DNA of 64,000 nt. Origin: Bacteroidales bacterium. GTDB lineage: Bacteria; Bacteroidota; Bacteroidia; Bacteroidales; WCHB1-69. The notes under the pieces were generated by a model. That model saw nothing but the letters and a program-made list of their open reading frames with translations. It was not told where the DNA came from and did not search any database. A program made the translations under genes and the position numbers. Shown here one piece after another: positions 36,322 through 44,573 of this stretch. The first letter of the stretch is position 1. Each line of letters begins with the position of its first letter. The DNA is taken from assembly GCA_017454945.1 (NCBI GenBank), contig JAFTCA010000010.1:161619-225618 (forward strand), in the 5' to 3' direction.

Positions 36322-36732
36322 TTAAAAATTGTTGGTTATTTCAACGGTAGTGCCTTTACCCACGACGGAATGGACTTCCAGCACATCCGAGTTGGCTTTG
36401 ATGTTGGGCAAACCCATACCAGCACCGAAGCCCATCTCACGCACTTCGGGCGAAGCGGTGGAGTAGCCGCGTTGCATAGCCTGATTGATGTCGGGAATGC
36501 CAGGACCTTCGTCATCCAACTTGATGTAAATTTTGTCTGAGTCCAGTTGTACCGTGATAACCCCTTTGTAAGCATGAGCCACGATATTGACCTCGGCCTC
36601 GTACAGCGCCACAATGGTCCGCTTGATAACACCTGCATCAACGCCGAGTTGACGCATCATCTTCTTGACCTTGCTGGACACCGTGCCCGCATTTGTAAAA
36701 TCGCCGCCTTGTACCGGATATTCAAAAACCAT
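36322..36732 (-). CDS. Small GHKL ATPase, anti-sigma-factor/RsbW-like serine kinase fold
   Basis: 136 aa with EAEVNIVAHAY, DEGPGIP, GFGAGMGLPN and VGKGTTVE. Confidence 0.75.
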   Translation of the reverse strand: MVFEYPVQGGDFTNAGTVSSKVKKMMRQLGVDAGVIKRTIVALYEAEVNIVAHAYKGVITVQLDSDKIYIKLDDEGPGIPDINQAMQRGYSTASPEVREMGFGAGMGLPNIKANSDVLEVHSVVGKGTTVEITNNF

Positions 36733-36786
36733 AGTTCTGCTAAATTGGATTAGTAATAAGGATAATTATGCCAATGTACACCGTTT

Positions 36787-37134
36787 TTAATACAACGGTG
36801 AGAGGCCATGAGCATACAAAATGCCCGACGTGCGGAACAGCGTGTAGTTCGTCTGAATGAGCACCATGCCGTTCTCTTCGGCCAATTCTTTCATCTCGTC
36901 GGTAATGTTTTTTCCTCTTACGAACAAGACGATTTGGATGTCAGACATCTCGCATGTCCGGATAGTTTGGGTGTTGGCTAACCCTGTGATGAGCATCAGC
37001 GAGTCGGTATCCTTGATGGTGAGCACATCGCTCATCAAATCCGAAGCAAAAGCGTTCGTAACTTCTTCATTTTCAACATCGCCACCCACAACCAAAGTAC
37101 CTTCAACAAGAGAAATAATTTCTTTAATCTTCAT
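36787..37134 (-). CDS. DRTGG-domain protein (copy 1)
   Basis: 115 aa with ...ASDLMSDVLTIKDTDSLMLITGLANTQTI... Confidence 0.75.
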   Translation of the reverse strand: MKIKEIISLVEGTLVVGGDVENEEVTNAFASDLMSDVLTIKDTDSLMLITGLANTQTIRTCEMSDIQIVLFVRGKNITDEMKELAEENGMVLIQTNYTLFRTSGILYAHGLSPLY

Positions 37135-37216
37135 GATTACGAATTTTATAATTTTGTTCGCAAAGATAGGAAATTAATTCTCAAACTCCCATATTTATTT
37201 TCATTTTGAATAATAA

Positions 37217-37290
37217 TTCCAGCAGATTACGCGTATTGACGCGGATTGTTTTCGGCGTTGTTCTGCGAGTTCTGTGAGTTCTGCGAGAGA
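37217..37290. repeat. Short-word array (cagattacgcg / gacgcggatt, then gttctg[c/t]ga x3)
   Basis: 9-bp tandem gttctgcga gttctgtga gttctgcga, just upstream of a TATTTTTG -7 box and the polyferredoxin gene. Confidence 0.65.
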
Positions 37291-37345
37291 GAAAAAATTT
37301 TTTCATTATTTTTGCCATTCATTTGCTAATCTAACACACCTTTTT

Positions 37346-38806
37346 ATGCTTCGAAAAATTAGAATTGGCCTTGCCGTACTCTTTTTCATTCTGCTAACGC
37401 TGCTATTTTTGGATTTTACCGGCGCGTTGCATCACTGGTTCGGCTGGATGGCCAAAATTCAATTCGTACCCGCCGTTCTGGCCATTAATGTCGCCGTTGT
37501 CATCGGCTTGATTGTCATCACTTTGCTATTTGGAAGAGTCTATTGCTCCGTCATTTGCCCATTAGGAATCTTCCAAGACATCTTCTCGGGAATGGCAAGC
37601 CGTATCAAGAAAAATCGCTTCCATTACCACAAAAACAGACCTATTTTAAGAGGTGTCATTTTATTGATTTTCATTATTTTACTAATTTTTCTACCACCTA
37701 TTGCGCGGCTCATTGAACCTTACAGCGCCTTTGGTCGCATGGCCGCCAATCTGTTTGCCCCGCTGTATGCGTGGTGTAACAACCTGCTGGCACAAATTGC
37801 CGAGCGTGCCCAAAGCTACGCCTTCTACTCGGTGGATGTGTGGTTGAAAAGCCTCTCGTCGCTCATTATTGCCGCAGTGACCTTCGTGGTGATTGCCGCC
37901 TTGGCTGTCTGGAAAGGCCGTATTTGGTGCAACACGGTCTGCCCTGTCGGCACGATAATGGGCTTCCTGTCGAAATACGCTTATTTCAAGCCTGTAATCA
38001 ATACCGACAAGTGCAACCACTGTGGCCTCTGCGGCCGCAACTGCAAAGCCGAGTGCATCAACTCGCAAGAGCAAGCCATAGACTACAGCCGCTGCGTGGC
38101 CTGTATGAACTGCCTCTCCAACTGTCATCAGAAAGCCATCAGCTACAAGCATATCCCCAAAGTCACAGCCGCTGATGACCAGCCCGACCAGTCGAAGCGC
38201 AAGTTTTTGGCTATCACAGCTTTATTTACTGCTGGCTCCGTACTCAAAGCCCAAGCCCAAAAGGTGGACGGTGGCCTGGCGGTCATTGAGGACAAGAAAG
38301 TGCCCGAACGCAAACTGTCGCCCTGCCCTCCCGGTGCCCGCAGCTATAACAACTTTTATCACCGCTGCACTTCGTGCCAGTTATGTGTGGCCGAATGTCC
38401 TAACCATGTGCTGCGCCCCTCAAACAAGCTCACCTCGCTGATGCAACCCGAGATGTCGTATGAGCGCGGCTACTGTCGCCCCGAATGTACGCGCTGCTCG
38501 GAAGTGTGCCCCACAGGAGCCATTGAGCGCATCACGCCTGTGGAGAAGTCCTCCATCCAGATTGGCCACGCCGTATGGATTAAGGAAAACTGCCTCGCCT
38601 ACAACGGTGGCAATTGCGGCAACTGCGCCCGCCACTGCCCCGTCGGCGCCATCCAGATATTGCCCGCCAGTGAAGGCAGCGTGCAACAGACCGTGGCAGT
38701 CAACACCGAGCGCTGCATCGGCTGCGGCGCCTGCGAGAACCTCTGCCCCGTGCGGCCACTCAGCGCCATCTACGTCGAAGGCCACGAACAACAGCGAATC
38801 CTATAA
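37346..38806 (+). CDS. Membrane-anchored polyferredoxin (NapH-like N-domain plus multiple 4Fe-4S motifs)
   Basis: TM helices with CSVICPLG and CNTVCPVG, followed by several CxxCxxCxxxCP motifs. The ATG at 37346 is preferred over the GTG at 37274. Confidence 0.8.
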   Translation: MLRKIRIGLAVLFFILLTLLFLDFTGALHHWFGWMAKIQFVPAVLAINVAVVIGLIVITLLFGRVYCSVICPLGIFQDIFSGMASRIKKNRFHYHKNRPILRGVILLIFIILLIFLPPIARLIEPYSAFGRMAANLFAPLYAWCNNLLAQIAERAQSYAFYSVDVWLKSLSSLIIAAVTFVVIAALAVWKGRIWCNTVCPVGTIMGFLSKYAYFKPVINTDKCNHCGLCGRNCKAECINSQEQAIDYSRCVACMNCLSNCHQKAISYKHIPKVTAADDQPDQSKRKFLAITALFTAGSVLKAQAQKVDGGLAVIEDKKVPERKLSPCPPGARSYNNFYHRCTSCQLCVAECPNHVLRPSNKLTSLMQPEMSYERGYCRPECTRCSEVCPTGAIERITPVEKSSIQIGHAVWIKENCLAYNGGNCGNCARHCPVGAIQILPASEGSVQQTVAVNTERCIGCGACENLCPVRPLSAIYVEGHEQQRIL

Positions 38807-38826
38807 CTCCCTTAAAGCGAAAACTC

Positions 38827-40665
38827 ATGTCACAAGAGAAATATATCAACAGAAGAGACTTTTTGAAAGTGCTGGGCGGCGGTGCAGCAGCCACTGCGGC
38901 CATCATGGCGGGCTGCACACCCAAAGAATACACCTCTTCGGGCGGACCGCAAGGCGAGGTGCCCACCGACAAGATGACCTATCACACCAGCAGTCGCGGC
39001 GACAAAGTGTCGTTGCTGGGCTACGGCTGCATGCGACTGCCTACCGTCAACGGCGCCAGCGGCCGCGAAGATAAGAACGCCGACCTCGACCAGGAAGCCG
39101 TAAACCGACTGATAGACTACGCGTTAGACCACGGCGTGACCCTGTTCGACACCTCCCCCGCCTACTGTCAGGGACAATCTGAAAAGGCCGTGGGCATCGC
39201 CCTGAGTCGGCACCCACGCAACAAATATTTGGTTTCCACCAAGTTATCCAACTTTACAGCCTACTCGCGCGAAGAGTCGCTGAAGATGTACCACAAGTCG
39301 TTCAAAGAGCTGCAAGTGGATGTCATCGACTACTACCTGTTGCACTCAATTGGTGGTGGCAAAGATTGGATGAAAACACTAAGCGACAGATACTTGGACA
39401 ACGGAATTCTCGAGTTTCTATTGAAAGAAAGAGAAGAAGGAAGAATTCGCCATCTGGGCTTTTCCTACCATGGCGACGTTCGGGCCTTCGACTACCTGCT
39501 TTCGAAGCACGACGAGTACAAGTGGGACTTTGTGTTGATACAGCTTAACTATGTGGACTGGAAGCACGCCAAGCAGATCAACCCCCGCAACACCAATGCT
39601 GAATATCTCTATAGTGAATTGGAAAAGCGTGGTATTCAGGCGTTTGTGATGGAACCTCTGTTGGGCGGAGCCTTGGCCTCGCTCAACGACCATGCCACCC
39701 AACTGCTTCGCCAGAAAGAACCTGAGGCCAGCACCGCATCGTGGGCTTTCCGCTTTGCCGGCTCCAAACCCAAAATCCTCACCGTGCTTAGCGGCATGAC
39801 CTACATGGAACACCTGCAGGACAACATCCGCACTTACTCGCCACTGAAAGAATTGACCGATGAGGAATATGCTCTGCTTGAGGAGATTGCCGACATCTAT
39901 GTCAACTTCCCCATCATCCCATGCACCAGTTGCCAGTACTGCATGCCCTGTCCTTACGGCATTGACATACCCGGCATTTTTGCCCATTACAACAAGTGCC
40001 TCAATGAAGGGTACATTGTAGAAGACCGCCGCAGTCCCGAATACAAAAAAGCACGCCGCGCCTTTCTGGTAGAGTACGACCGCAGTATTGAGCGACTGCG
40101 CCAAGCCGACCACTGCATCAACTGTGGACGATGTCAGCCCGCCTGCCCGCAGCAGATCGCCATCCCAAAGGAGCTGCACCGCATCGACCGCTTTACCGAA
40201 GACCTGAAACGCAACGGCGCTGAATTGGGCTCTGCCGCTCTGCTCACCGGCCTCATCCGCCACTTGGACGAAGGCAATTACTCGTGCGTCATCTACAAAA
40301 ATGGCGAGATGAGAACTGGCACACAACGCGGTGTCCTCGACTTGTACGGCATGGTGAAAAGCAAAGACACCTTCCTCAAAGACGCCAGCATGGCCGACAA
40401 GGTTGTGGGCAAAGGCGCCGCATACCTGATGGTGCTGGGCGGCATCAAAGAGCTGCGCACCCATGTGATATGCACACCTGCATTGCAACTACTTCAAAAA
40501 CATAATATTAAAGTCACTTTTGATAAGGAGGTGGACTATATCATCAATCGGAGCAAAACCGATTGGTGCCCGCTGGAAAAGAGAGTCAAAGAGTGCCGCA
40601 CGCCCGAAGAGGCATGGCCCGTGATAGAACAGTTTGTCAACGATTTGTTGGCTGGCAATATTTAA
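38827..40665 (+). CDS. Tat-signal lipoprotein: aldo/keto reductase, 2x[4Fe-4S] and a DUF1893-like C-terminal domain
   Basis: RRDFLKVLGGGAAATAAIMAGC (twin-Arg plus lipobox), AKR core (GYGCMRLP...), CTSCQYCMPCP and CINCGRCQPACP, and an extra C-terminal domain of about 130 aa. Confidence 0.8.
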   Translation: MSQEKYINRRDFLKVLGGGAAATAAIMAGCTPKEYTSSGGPQGEVPTDKMTYHTSSRGDKVSLLGYGCMRLPTVNGASGREDKNADLDQEAVNRLIDYALDHGVTLFDTSPAYCQGQSEKAVGIALSRHPRNKYLVSTKLSNFTAYSREESLKMYHKSFKELQVDVIDYYLLHSIGGGKDWMKTLSDRYLDNGILEFLLKEREEGRIRHLGFSYHGDVRAFDYLLSKHDEYKWDFVLIQLNYVDWKHAKQINPRNTNAEYLYSELEKRGIQAFVMEPLLGGALASLNDHATQLLRQKEPEASTASWAFRFAGSKPKILTVLSGMTYMEHLQDNIRTYSPLKELTDEEYALLEEIADIYVNFPIIPCTSCQYCMPCPYGIDIPGIFAHYNKCLNEGYIVEDRRSPEYKKARRAFLVEYDRSIERLRQADHCINCGRCQPACPQQIAIPKELHRIDRFTEDLKRNGAELGSAALLTGLIRHLDEGNYSCVIYKNGEMRTGTQRGVLDLYGMVKSKDTFLKDASMADKVVGKGAAYLMVLGGIKELRTHVICTPALQLLQKHNIKVTFDKEVDYIINRSKTDWCPLEKRVKECRTPEEAWPVIEQFVNDLLAGNI

Positions 40666-40691
40666 TGTAAATAACTTAAAACAAAATAATT

Positions 40692-40898
40692 ATGATGACA
40701 TTATTATTTATGGGAACCACCGAAATTATCATCATCGCCGTAGTCATTATTCTGCTTTTCGGCGCTAAAAAAATTCCCGAACTGATGAAGAGTTTAGGCA
40801 AAGGAGTGAAGAGCTTCAAAGACGGCATGAACGACACCGAACAGCCGAAGAACGACGAACCCAAGAAAGAAGATTCCACTTCTGACAATGCCCAATAG
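40692..40898 (+). CDS. tatA: Twin-arginine translocase subunit TatA/E
   Basis: ...EIIIIAVVIILLFGAKKIPELMKSLGKGVKSFKDG... The start may be the ATG at 40710. Confidence 0.9.
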   Translation: MMTLLFMGTTEIIIIAVVIILLFGAKKIPELMKSLGKGVKSFKDGMNDTEQPKNDEPKKEDSTSDNAQ

Positions 40899-41661
40899 CG
40901 AACATACGCAAACATTCTGGGACCATCTGGACGAACTCAGGTCGTGCCTGATACGCATGATTGTGGCCGTACTGGTGTGCGGCATCGTTGCGTTTTGCTT
41001 TAAAGACCTGCTGTTCAAGATTATACTTGCCCCTAAAGAGGCTTCGTTTGTCACCTTCAAACTTATTGAGCGACTCACGGGGCAGGCGTCCGATTTCTCG
41101 CTTACGCTCATCAACATCGACCTGGCGCAACAGTTCATCATCCACTTGAAAGTGGCCTTTTACTTCGGACTGCTGTGTGTCAGTCCCTACCTGCTGTACG
41201 AGCTGTTCAAGTTTGTGGCGCCCGCGCTCTACACGAGCGAGCGGAAATATGCTGTCACTGCGCTGGTTGGCGGCTGCGTGATGTTTTTTGCGGGCGTGCT
41301 GCTCAACTATTTCATCATCTACCCTGTGACGGTCCGTTTTCTCGGCAGTTATCAGGTCAGTGCTGCGGTGCCGAACATCATCTCGCTCGAATCGTACATC
41401 AGTGCGCTGCTGATGCTCAGTCTCACCTTGGGCATTCTATTTGAAATTCCCATATTATGCTGGCTTTTGGCCAAATTCGGTCTGCTGACCGAGGCGCCCA
41501 TGAAAAAGTACCGCCGCCATGCCATTGTGGTTATTCTCATTGTGGCTGCCATCATCACCCCCACCGCCGACGCTTTCACCCTCACCATCGTGGCGCTGCC
41601 CATCTATCTTTTGTATGAGTTGAGCATCGTCATAGTGAAAAAGACAAGTAAGGCAACGTAA
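40888..41661 (+). CDS. tatC: Twin-arginine translocase subunit TatC
   Basis: FWDHLDELRSCLIR... and a six-TM pattern. Confidence 0.9.
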   Translation: MPNSEHTQTFWDHLDELRSCLIRMIVAVLVCGIVAFCFKDLLFKIILAPKEASFVTFKLIERLTGQASDFSLTLINIDLAQQFIIHLKVAFYFGLLCVSPYLLYELFKFVAPALYTSERKYAVTALVGGCVMFFAGVLLNYFIIYPVTVRFLGSYQVSAAVPNIISLESYISALLMLSLTLGILFEIPILCWLLAKFGLLTEAPMKKYRRHAIVVILIVAAIITPTADAFTLTIVALPIYLLYELSIVIVKKTSKAT

Positions 41662-41765
41662 GGATTGATTATAAGTTCAACTTGGAAAGTTATAAAAGAG
41701 GAGTTACAGAACCCCTGCAAATTAATGCGACAAACTTTTTTTAATTCCATTAATATTGGTAACTA

Positions 41766-41773
41766 TATACATG
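41766..41773 (+). promoter_or_regulatory. -7-like box TATACATG for large ncRNA copy B
   Basis: Same 2-nt spacing to the conserved GGCAC as in copy A. Confidence 0.5.
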
Positions 41774-41775
41774 AC

Positions 41776-42164
41776 GGCACAAAGTGTTTAGTAAACAATC
41801 TCTTTTAGTCTTGCCGATTCGCATTGTTGCAAGAGTGTCACTTTCGCGGCGAATAAACGACCGCATCATTGCACACATCTACCGCGCCGCGAGTAGGCTT
41901 GCGAATTTTCCATGTGTTCCCCACACTGACGTGTGGGGTTATTGATAGGGTGTCCCTACGGGACACTTTCACATGTGGTCATGCGCACATCTTTTCGACC
42001 TCGTAGAGGTCGTCTGTCAGTAACCCCAGATGAGCGTAGCGTAATCTGGGGTATGCGAAAGCCGCTCATACTCACCGCGGTGCGCTATGAAAGTTCAACG
42101 GAGCAATCAACTTGTTCGCCGCGGAAGGGATTCAGTGCCAACAGGAAAACAATCCCCCTTTTTT
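41776..42164 (+). ncRNA. Unassigned large structured RNA, copy B (~389 nt)
   Basis: Colinear with 3791-4187. Shares an identical 33-mer (42021-42053 = 4042-4074). Hairpins at 41919-41938, 41950-41966 and 41997-42011 carry compensatory changes. The terminator is GGGATT...AATCCC plus a T-run. Confidence 0.75.
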
Positions 42165-42248
42165 ATGTTGAAATGACCTGAAACCAATAGGTAAATAATC
42201 ATTCTATTTTTTTCTTTACCATATATCTTTTTGATTGAAAAAATTTTT

Positions 42249-42256
42249 TAAGTTTG
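42249..42256 (+). promoter_or_regulatory. -7 box TAAGTTTG for the hydrogenase operon
   Basis: Exact TAnnTTTG, followed by the leader hairpin CGCTAA..AGCCA gca TGGCT..TTAGCG (42260-42285). Confidence 0.5.
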
Positions 42257-42349
42257 CAACGCTAATAGCCAGCATGGCTTTAGCGCGTATGTAAATATTT
42301 ATTAGTTAAACAACATATTATTTATCAACCACTTACAAAACCAAAAAGT

Positions 42350-42745
42350 ATGGAAAAAATTAAGTCATTAGCGGATTTGAAAAAGAGAAGAGAAGCTCTT
42401 CAATCCGATTTGAATTTGCGCGAAATGGGCGACAACGCCGAGAAGGTGATCCAAGTGAAGGTTGCCATGGCTACTTGCGGTATTGCTTCAGGTGCCAAGA
42501 AGACTATGGAAGCCATTATCGACGAATGCCAAAAGAACAACGTAGCCGCCGTGGTAACCCAAACCGGTTGCATGGGCTACTGCTATGCCGAACCGACCGT
42601 AGAGGTGAAGAAACCAGGCGCTGACCCTGTTGTTTTCGGATACCTGACCGCCGACAAAGCTGCCGACCTGGTGAAGAAATACCTCATCGGCAACGAGTTA
42701 TTGGAAGGCATCATTCCTGTCAACTATGAGAAAATTGATAAATAA
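42350..42745 (+). CDS. Thioredoxin-like [2Fe-2S] ferredoxin-domain protein
   Basis: 131 aa with the Cys pattern ...ATCGIASG... and ...GCMGYCYAEP... Confidence 0.7.
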   Translation: MEKIKSLADLKKRREALQSDLNLREMGDNAEKVIQVKVAMATCGIASGAKKTMEAIIDECQKNNVAAVVTQTGCMGYCYAEPTVEVKKPGADPVVFGYLTADKAADLVKKYLIGNELLEGIIPVNYEKIDK

Positions 42746-42764
42746 CATTTTAAAATAGACAATA

Positions 42765-44558
42765 ATGGCAAATTACAAATACCATATCTTGATATGCGGC
42801 GGTACGGGATGCCATGCTTCTCAAAGTGCGCTTATCAAAGAGAATTTTGAAAAACTGTTAAAGGAAAACAACCTTGAAAACGATGTTCAGGTTATCGGCA
42901 CCGGCTGCTTTGGCTTCTGCGAAAAAGGCCCCATCGTTAAAATCCTCCCTGATAACACCTTCTACACACAGGTTAAACCCGAAGACGCTGAAGAGATTAT
43001 CAAGGAACACATCATCAAAGGTAGAAAAGTAAACCGCTTGTTATACTTGGATCCCAAGACGCAAGAGCACAAAGATGACTCGAAGCACATGGGCTTCTAC
43101 AAGAAACAGCTGCGTATCGCTTTGCGTAACTGCGGTTTCATCAACCCTGAAAACATTGACGAGTACATCGCCCGCGACGGTTACAAAGCTTTGGCTACCG
43201 TTTTGGAAAAGAACGACCCCGAATGGACCATCGACGTAATCAAGAAGTCGGGTCTGCGCGGTCGTGGCGGCGCCGGCTTCCCCACAGGTTTGAAATGGGA
43301 ACTCTGCCGCAAGAACCAAGCTGATCAGAAATACATGATCTGCAACGCCGACGAAGGTGACCCCGGTGCATTTATGGACCGTTCCATCCTCGAAGGTGAC
43401 CCCAACACCTTGATTGAAGCTATGACCATCGGTGGTTTCTGTATTGGCGCCACCAAGGGTTTGGTTTACATCCGTGCCGAATATCCTCTGGCTATCCACC
43501 GTTTGCAAGTGGCCATCGGCCAAGCTCGCGAATATGGCTTGCTGGGTAAGGACATCCTCGGTTCGGGTTTCGACTTTGACATCGAACTGAGATACGGAGC
43601 AGGTGCTTTCGTATGCGGTGAGGAAACCGCCCTCATCCACTCGATGGAAGGTCTGCGTGGCGAACCTACCTTCAAACCGCCGTTCCCGGCCGTTGAAGGT
43701 TACTTGAAGAAACCCTCAAACGTAAACAACGTTGAGACTTTCGCCAACATCCCCGTTATCATCAACAAGGGTTGGGAATGGTTCTCATCCATCGGAACTG
43801 AGAAATCAAAAGGTACCAAGGTATTCGCTTTGGCCGGCCAGATCAACAACGTAGGTCTGATCGAAGTTCCTATGGGTATCACCCTTCGTGAAGTTATTTA
43901 CGAAATCGGTGGCGGCATCAAGAATGGTAAGAAATTCAAAGCCGTTCAAACTGGTGGTCCTTCTGGTGGCTGCTTGACCGAGAAATTCCTCGATACTCCT
44001 ATTGATTACGAAAACCTGATTGCTGCCGGTTCTATGATGGGCTCGGGTGGTATGATCGTTATGGACGAAACCTCATGTATGGTATCCGTAGCTAAGTTCT
44101 ACCTCGACTTCACCGTTGAAGAATCCTGCGGTAAATGCTCTCCCTGCCGTATCGGTAACAAGAGACTCCACGAGATTCTCACCAAAATCACCGACGGTAA
44201 CGGTACTATGCAAGATTTGGACGAGTTGCGTAATCTTGCCCACGTTATTAAAGACTCTGCTCTTTGCGGCCTTGGACAAACTTCTCCCAACCCGGTATTG
44301 TCAACCATCGACAACTTCTGGGATGAGTATGTTGCTCACGTAACCGAGAAGAAATGTCCTGCTGGCCAATGCAAGGCTCTGAAGCAGTACATCATCGATC
44401 CTGACAAGTGTAAAGGTTGTACGGCTTGCGCACGCAATTGCCCCGTTAACGCTATCTCGGGCACCGTTAAGAACCCGCACACTATCGATCAGTCGGCTTG
44501 TATCAAATGCGGTACTTGCTACGAAAAATGTAAGTTTAACGCAATTAGTATTAAATAA
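42765..44558 (+). CDS. hydB: NuoF-like flavoprotein subunit of the [FeFe]-hydrogenase (HydB)
   Basis: N-terminal 2Fe-2S thioredoxin-like domain, GRGGAGFPTGLKW FMN/NADH site, SLBB region, and C-terminal 2x[4Fe-4S] (CKGCTACARNCP, CIKCGTCYEKC). Confidence 0.9.
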   Translation: MANYKYHILICGGTGCHASQSALIKENFEKLLKENNLENDVQVIGTGCFGFCEKGPIVKILPDNTFYTQVKPEDAEEIIKEHIIKGRKVNRLLYLDPKTQEHKDDSKHMGFYKKQLRIALRNCGFINPENIDEYIARDGYKALATVLEKNDPEWTIDVIKKSGLRGRGGAGFPTGLKWELCRKNQADQKYMICNADEGDPGAFMDRSILEGDPNTLIEAMTIGGFCIGATKGLVYIRAEYPLAIHRLQVAIGQAREYGLLGKDILGSGFDFDIELRYGAGAFVCGEETALIHSMEGLRGEPTFKPPFPAVEGYLKKPSNVNNVETFANIPVIINKGWEWFSSIGTEKSKGTKVFALAGQINNVGLIEVPMGITLREVIYEIGGGIKNGKKFKAVQTGGPSGGCLTEKFLDTPIDYENLIAAGSMMGSGGMIVMDETSCMVSVAKFYLDFTVEESCGKCSPCRIGNKRLHEILTKITDGNGTMQDLDELRNLAHVIKDSALCGLGQTSPNPVLSTIDNFWDEYVAHVTEKKCPAGQCKALKQYIIDPDKCKGCTACARNCPVNAISGTVKNPHTIDQSACIKCGTCYEKCKFNAISIK

Positions 44559-44573
44559 TAAAGCATAGAATCA

